NCBI GenBank assembly: GCA_019894975.1
Contig: JAGXNO010000016.1
Coordinates: 1 to 64,000 of the forward strand
Direction of reading: 5' to 3'
From: Promethearchaeota archaeon
Lineage (GTDB): Archaea; Asgardarchaeota; Lokiarchaeia; Sigyniarchaeales; SOKP01
Length of the DNA stretch: 64,000 bases
Shown here: piece by piece, positions 60,491 through 64,000 of the stretch
Layout of the letters: each line of letters starts with the position of its first letter
Position numbering within the stretch: the stretch's first letter is position 1
Made by a program: the position numbers and the translations under genes
Notes under the pieces: model-generated
Database searches by the model: none
Told to the model about the DNA's origin: nothing
What the model saw: the letters and a program-made list of their open reading frames with translations, nothing else

Positions 60491-61981
60491 ATGAGTGCAA
60501 TAAAAGAACTACAAGAGCGTTTTGCTGAAATAATGAGATTACATTACATCTCGGCATTATTAGGCTGGGATCAAGAAGTAAACATGATGAATTATAAGTC
60601 TTTAGAAGGTAGATCTAAGCAGGTAGCATTAATGCAGAAATTAATTCATCAAAGAGAAACTTCTGAAGAAGTTGGTAAGTTAATAAACCAGGCGAAAAAA
60701 GAAAATCTCAGTGAAATCGAAGGTGCGATGTTACGTGAAATTGAAAGAGAATACACTCTTGCTACTAAATTACCTGAAAAATTAGTTATGGAAATTGCTG
60801 AAACAAGTATTTTAGCTGCAAAGGAGTGGAGAGAAGCACGAGCAAAAAGTGATTTTTCTATTTTTGAAAAATTACTAGTTAAAACCGTTGAATTACAAAG
60901 AGAGAAAGCAGAAAAACTTGGAACCCACCCTGATTTATATTCAACTTTAATAGACTTGTATGAACCTGGAGCAACCTATGATTGGATTGCTAATATTTTT
61001 AATCCAATTAGACCAAAACTGATAGATTTAGTTAAAAAGTTAAATTCTTCTCCAGATCAACCTGATGGTTCTATATTTGAGAAAAGTTATGATGAAGATA
61101 CCCAATTTGAACTCAGTCGGAAAGTTATTGAAAAACTAGGTTTTGATTTTGGATATGGGCGTCAAGATAAGGTCACACATCCATTTTCAACATCTCTTGC
61201 AGCTTTGGATGTTAGAATTACTACGAGAACCACAGAACCTTTTCCTGATTGCATTACTAGCACAATTCATGAGCATGGTCATGCTATTTATGAAATGGGT
61301 ATCAGTAAAGAACTTCATGATACGATTTTATGCAATGGCACATCAATGGGGATCCATGAAAGTCAATCACGGATGTGGGAAAATATAGTAGGACGTAGTA
61401 AGGAATTTTGGATGTATTGGTATCCTGCGTTTCAAAAACATTTCCCAGAAAATTTGAAAGACGTTCCTTTAGATGAATTTCACAGAGCTATGAATATTGT
61501 CAAACCATCTTTCATACGGGTAAATGCTGATGAGGTTACATATGGGTTACATATCATATTAAGATTTGAAATTGAAAAAGATCTCATTGAGGGTAAAATT
61601 CAAGTTAAAGAGCTTCCGGAGATTTGGAATTCGAAGTTTGAAAAATTGTTAGGTATTGTTCCACCTGATGATGCAAAGGGCGTATTACAAGATGTTCACT
61701 GGAGTATGGGGAGTATTGGATACTTTCCTAGCTATTTTCTAGGAAATCTTTATGCTGCACAAATATACAATAAAGCTCTGCAGAAATTACCATCTTTACC
61801 TGAAGATTATAAAAAAGGTGAATTTTCTACATTATTATCTTATTTGAAAGAAAACATTCATCAATATGGGAGCATCTATAGGTCAAGTGAATTAATTAAT
61901 AGAGTAACAGGAGAAGACTTGAATTCAAACTACTTCTTAAAATATATTGAGAACAAATTCATACCAATTTATAGATTATAA
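60491..61981 (+). CDS. Carboxypeptidase M32 (Taq-like)
   Basis: HPF, DVRITT, HEHGH, HESQSR, IRVNADE, QDVHW, GYFPSY. Confidence 0.96.
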   Translation: MSAIKELQERFAEIMRLHYISALLGWDQEVNMMNYKSLEGRSKQVALMQKLIHQRETSEEVGKLINQAKKENLSEIEGAMLREIEREYTLATKLPEKLVMEIAETSILAAKEWREARAKSDFSIFEKLLVKTVELQREKAEKLGTHPDLYSTLIDLYEPGATYDWIANIFNPIRPKLIDLVKKLNSSPDQPDGSIFEKSYDEDTQFELSRKVIEKLGFDFGYGRQDKVTHPFSTSLAALDVRITTRTTEPFPDCITSTIHEHGHAIYEMGISKELHDTILCNGTSMGIHESQSRMWENIVGRSKEFWMYWYPAFQKHFPENLKDVPLDEFHRAMNIVKPSFIRVNADEVTYGLHIILRFEIEKDLIEGKIQVKELPEIWNSKFEKLLGIVPPDDAKGVLQDVHWSMGSIGYFPSYFLGNLYAAQIYNKALQKLPSLPEDYKKGEFSTLLSYLKENIHQYGSIYRSSELINRVTGEDLNSNYFLKYIENKFIPIYRL

Positions 61982-62043
61982 TTTCTTTCTTTTTTTCTTT
62001 TATATCATTTTTATTGTATATAATATTAGAAGATGCAAGTCTT

Positions 62044-62640
62044 ATGTTATTACAAGTAAAAAAATTCTCAGGAAAATTATTAGCACCATTAGCTCGTAAA
62101 ATAAAAAGAATTCCTGCAAATATTATTACTACATTTGGATTAATTTTCGCTATTTTAACTTTCTTTGCTTTCATTTTTAATTTAAAATATTATATTATTA
62201 TTGGATTATTCGTAACAGAATTTTTTGACCAACTAGATGGTGTTGTAGCTCGTCTCCAAGGCCCAACAACATTAGGGTCTTTTTTAGACTCAACACTTGA
62301 TAGAATAGGTGATTTTTTTATTTTTGCGGGAGTTATTCTTGGAGGATATACTATAATCGAAATTGGTTTATTAGTCCTAATAGGGGCATTTTTAACATCA
62401 TATACCAGAGCTAAAATAGAAGCCCTAGGAATTGACAATCTTTATGGGGTTGGCCTGATAGAACGAACAGACAGAGTTCCTATTTTGTTTATAGGGGCAA
62501 TCTTCCAAATCTGGTTTCCTTCAGCTATTTGGTGGACAATGGTGGTTTTAGCAATAGGAACAAATCTCACAGCAATTCAAAGAATAATTTATGCCTTCCG
62601 TAAATTTTCAAGCAAGAACTCTAAAATTGCTGGCGATTAA
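62044..62640 (+). CDS. CDP-alcohol phosphatidyltransferase (archaetidylinositol-phosphate synthase-like)
   Basis: D.LDG.VAR...G.FLDS.LDR, SYTRA..E. Confidence 0.9.
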   Translation: MLLQVKKFSGKLLAPLARKIKRIPANIITTFGLIFAILTFFAFIFNLKYYIIIGLFVTEFFDQLDGVVARLQGPTTLGSFLDSTLDRIGDFFIFAGVILGGYTIIEIGLLVLIGAFLTSYTRAKIEALGIDNLYGVGLIERTDRVPILFIGAIFQIWFPSAIWWTMVVLAIGTNLTAIQRIIYAFRKFSSKNSKIAGD

Positions 62641-63283
62641 ATAATAAAGTGTCCACGAATAATATTATCCCTGTTAATGATATTCCTAAAGATAAGGCAA
62701 AAATAACTGGATTTAATGCATCAATGTAAAATGTTGGCAAAAGGATAAGTGAGGACAACTGACTCCCTAAATAAACTGATAAAATTGCTGCTACAGGGAC
62801 GGAGGAGACTAGTACACCAAAAAAGATCCCAATTGAACATGTAATTGACATCGAAGAAATCCCAACAAGTAGAGATTCAAGTGTTATGTTAAGAAAGTTT
62901 TCTACTAAATCTCCCCTAATTATATCGATTATTAGACCAACAGAGAGTGAAATTGAAACTGCAATAACTAAGCATGAATAAACTGCTAAATATTTTGCTA
63001 AAATTAAACTACTGCGCCTTACAGGTCTAATTAAAAACAATTCATACACATGACGATTTTTTTCACTAACTATTGAAGTACTTAACATTATCGCAGAGAG
63101 CGTTCCTCCTATACTTGAAACAACAAGAGAAACTAAAAAAGAAACGGGCATTCCTTCATACTCGCTAGGATTAATAAATTGAATAAGAAGAGCTAATAAG
63201 GGTAATCCAACCCATAAAACAACCATAACCTTTGATTTTGCATATCCTCTTAATTCATCAAAAAAGAGTAGTTTTAAACTCAT
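62621..63283 (-). CDS. ABC-2 type transporter permease
   Basis: Six TM; EK...ELFL.RPV.R...ILAK. Confidence 0.85.
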   Translation of the reverse strand: MSLKLLFFDELRGYAKSKVMVVLWVGLPLLALLIQFINPSEYEGMPVSFLVSLVVSSIGGTLSAIMLSTSIVSEKNRHVYELFLIRPVRRSSLILAKYLAVYSCLVIAVSISLSVGLIIDIIRGDLVENFLNITLESLLVGISSMSITCSIGIFFGVLVSSVPVAAILSVYLGSQLSSLILLPTFYIDALNPVIFALSLGISLTGIILFVDTLLFNRQQF

Positions 63284-63999
63284 TCTATTTTACCTCTTAC
63301 ATAATTTAAATAAACGTCTTCTAAACTTGGTTTTACAAGACGAAAGCTTCTAATCTTACATTTCTGCTCATTTAATTTACCTAAAATCTGAGGGATAATT
63401 AAGTCTATATCTGATTCAGGTTTCAAGTAAATTAACTGTTTATTTTCTTTTGAATTTTCTACATAATCAATATCTTCTAATTGTTCTAAATTTTTACAGA
63501 GGACCGAATTTTTAGCTACAAGAATTTCAATTACATTTCCAACTTGAAAACTGTCTTGTAGTTCTTCAGGTGTACCTAATTGCATAATTTTTCCTTCATT
63601 TAAGATTCCTATTTTATCAGCAATATCTTGAACATCGTTTAGTATATGAGAAGAAAAAAGTATAGTTATCCCTTTTTTAGCAAGAGTTTTAATTACTTTT
63701 TTAAATTGATATCTACTTGCGGGATCTAATCCAGATAAGGGTTCATCTAGGACTAAAATTTCAGGATTATGTAGAAGCGCTTGTCCTAATCTTAATTTTT
63801 GAAACATACCTCCCGATAAGTGAATAATTTTTTTAAATCTTTTGTCAGAAAGGCCAACTAATTCCAAAACTTCTTGAATTCGGTTTTCAAGGTGATCTGA
63901 AGTAAGCCCAGAAAGACGACCATATGTTTTATATGCATGGTCAATAGTTCTCCACTCTTGAAAACCCGCATCCTGAGGATGATAACCTATTTTGTTATA
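63280..63999 (-). CDS. ABC transporter ATP-binding protein; 5' end outside the window
   Basis: GYHPQ Q-loop, LSGG signature, VLDEP, SSH; frame open to the window edge. Confidence 0.93.
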   Translation of the reverse strand, partial: YNKIGYHPQDAGFQEWRTIDHAYKTYGRLSGLTSDHLENRIQEVLELVGLSDKRFKKIIHLSGGMFQKLRLGQALLHNPEILVLDEPLSGLDPASRYQFKKVIKTLAKKGITILFSSHILNDVQDIADKIGILNEGKIMQLGTPEELQDSFQVGNVIEILVAKNSVLCKNLEQLEDIDYVENSKENKQLIYLKPESDIDLIIPQILGKLNEQKCKIRSFRLVKPSLEDVYLNYVRGKIE

Positions 64000-64000
64000 A

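Noticed and set aside
2133-62438. Short antisense or overlapping ORFs in the track (e.g. 2133-2327, 2670-3164, 13615-14055, 18795-19166, 46841-47122, 56598-57077)
   Set aside because: They lie opposite or within well-supported genes and carry no motifs; treated as shadow ORFs.
1-64000. tRNA, rRNA or IS elements
   Set aside because: No GC-rich structured tracts, cloverleaf motifs, transposase ORFs or terminal inverted repeats were seen by eye; a covariance-model scan was not possible.

Overview
AT-rich archaeal DNA, most likely from an Asgard archaeon (Lokiarchaeia-like). That is an inference from the gene set: RING proteins, longin and Rab/Arf-like GTPases, PbH1/NosD surface proteins, GGTGA/GAGGT ribosome-binding sites and T-tract terminators. 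I found no rRNA, tRNA, CRISPR array or transposase. The main locus is a ~10 kb minus-strand cluster (11597-21462), divergent from an Lrp/AsnC regulator: tusA-dsrE-dsrF-dsrH-dsrE2-hdrC-hdrB-hdrA-mvhD-mvhG-like-[FrhB with an inserted GltD-type flavoprotein and a C-terminal wHTH]-tusA. It joins a complete persulfide relay to a methanogen-type HdrABC-MvhD core. There is no hydrogenase large subunit, the electron-input subunit is an unusual fusion, and hdrC appears to start at ACG. Other notable items: a vWA + zinc-finger + RING protein with TFIIH p44/Ssl1 architecture, a divergent RtcB-like protein, a longin-GTPase fusion, a tail-anchored degenerate GTPase, a TFB/cyclin-box-like protein behind a palindrome-rich promoter, a family of 3-4 small paralogues, duplicated surface-protein genes with a conserved upstream element, and several gene relics. 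All calls come from reading motifs by eye; no database search was run.
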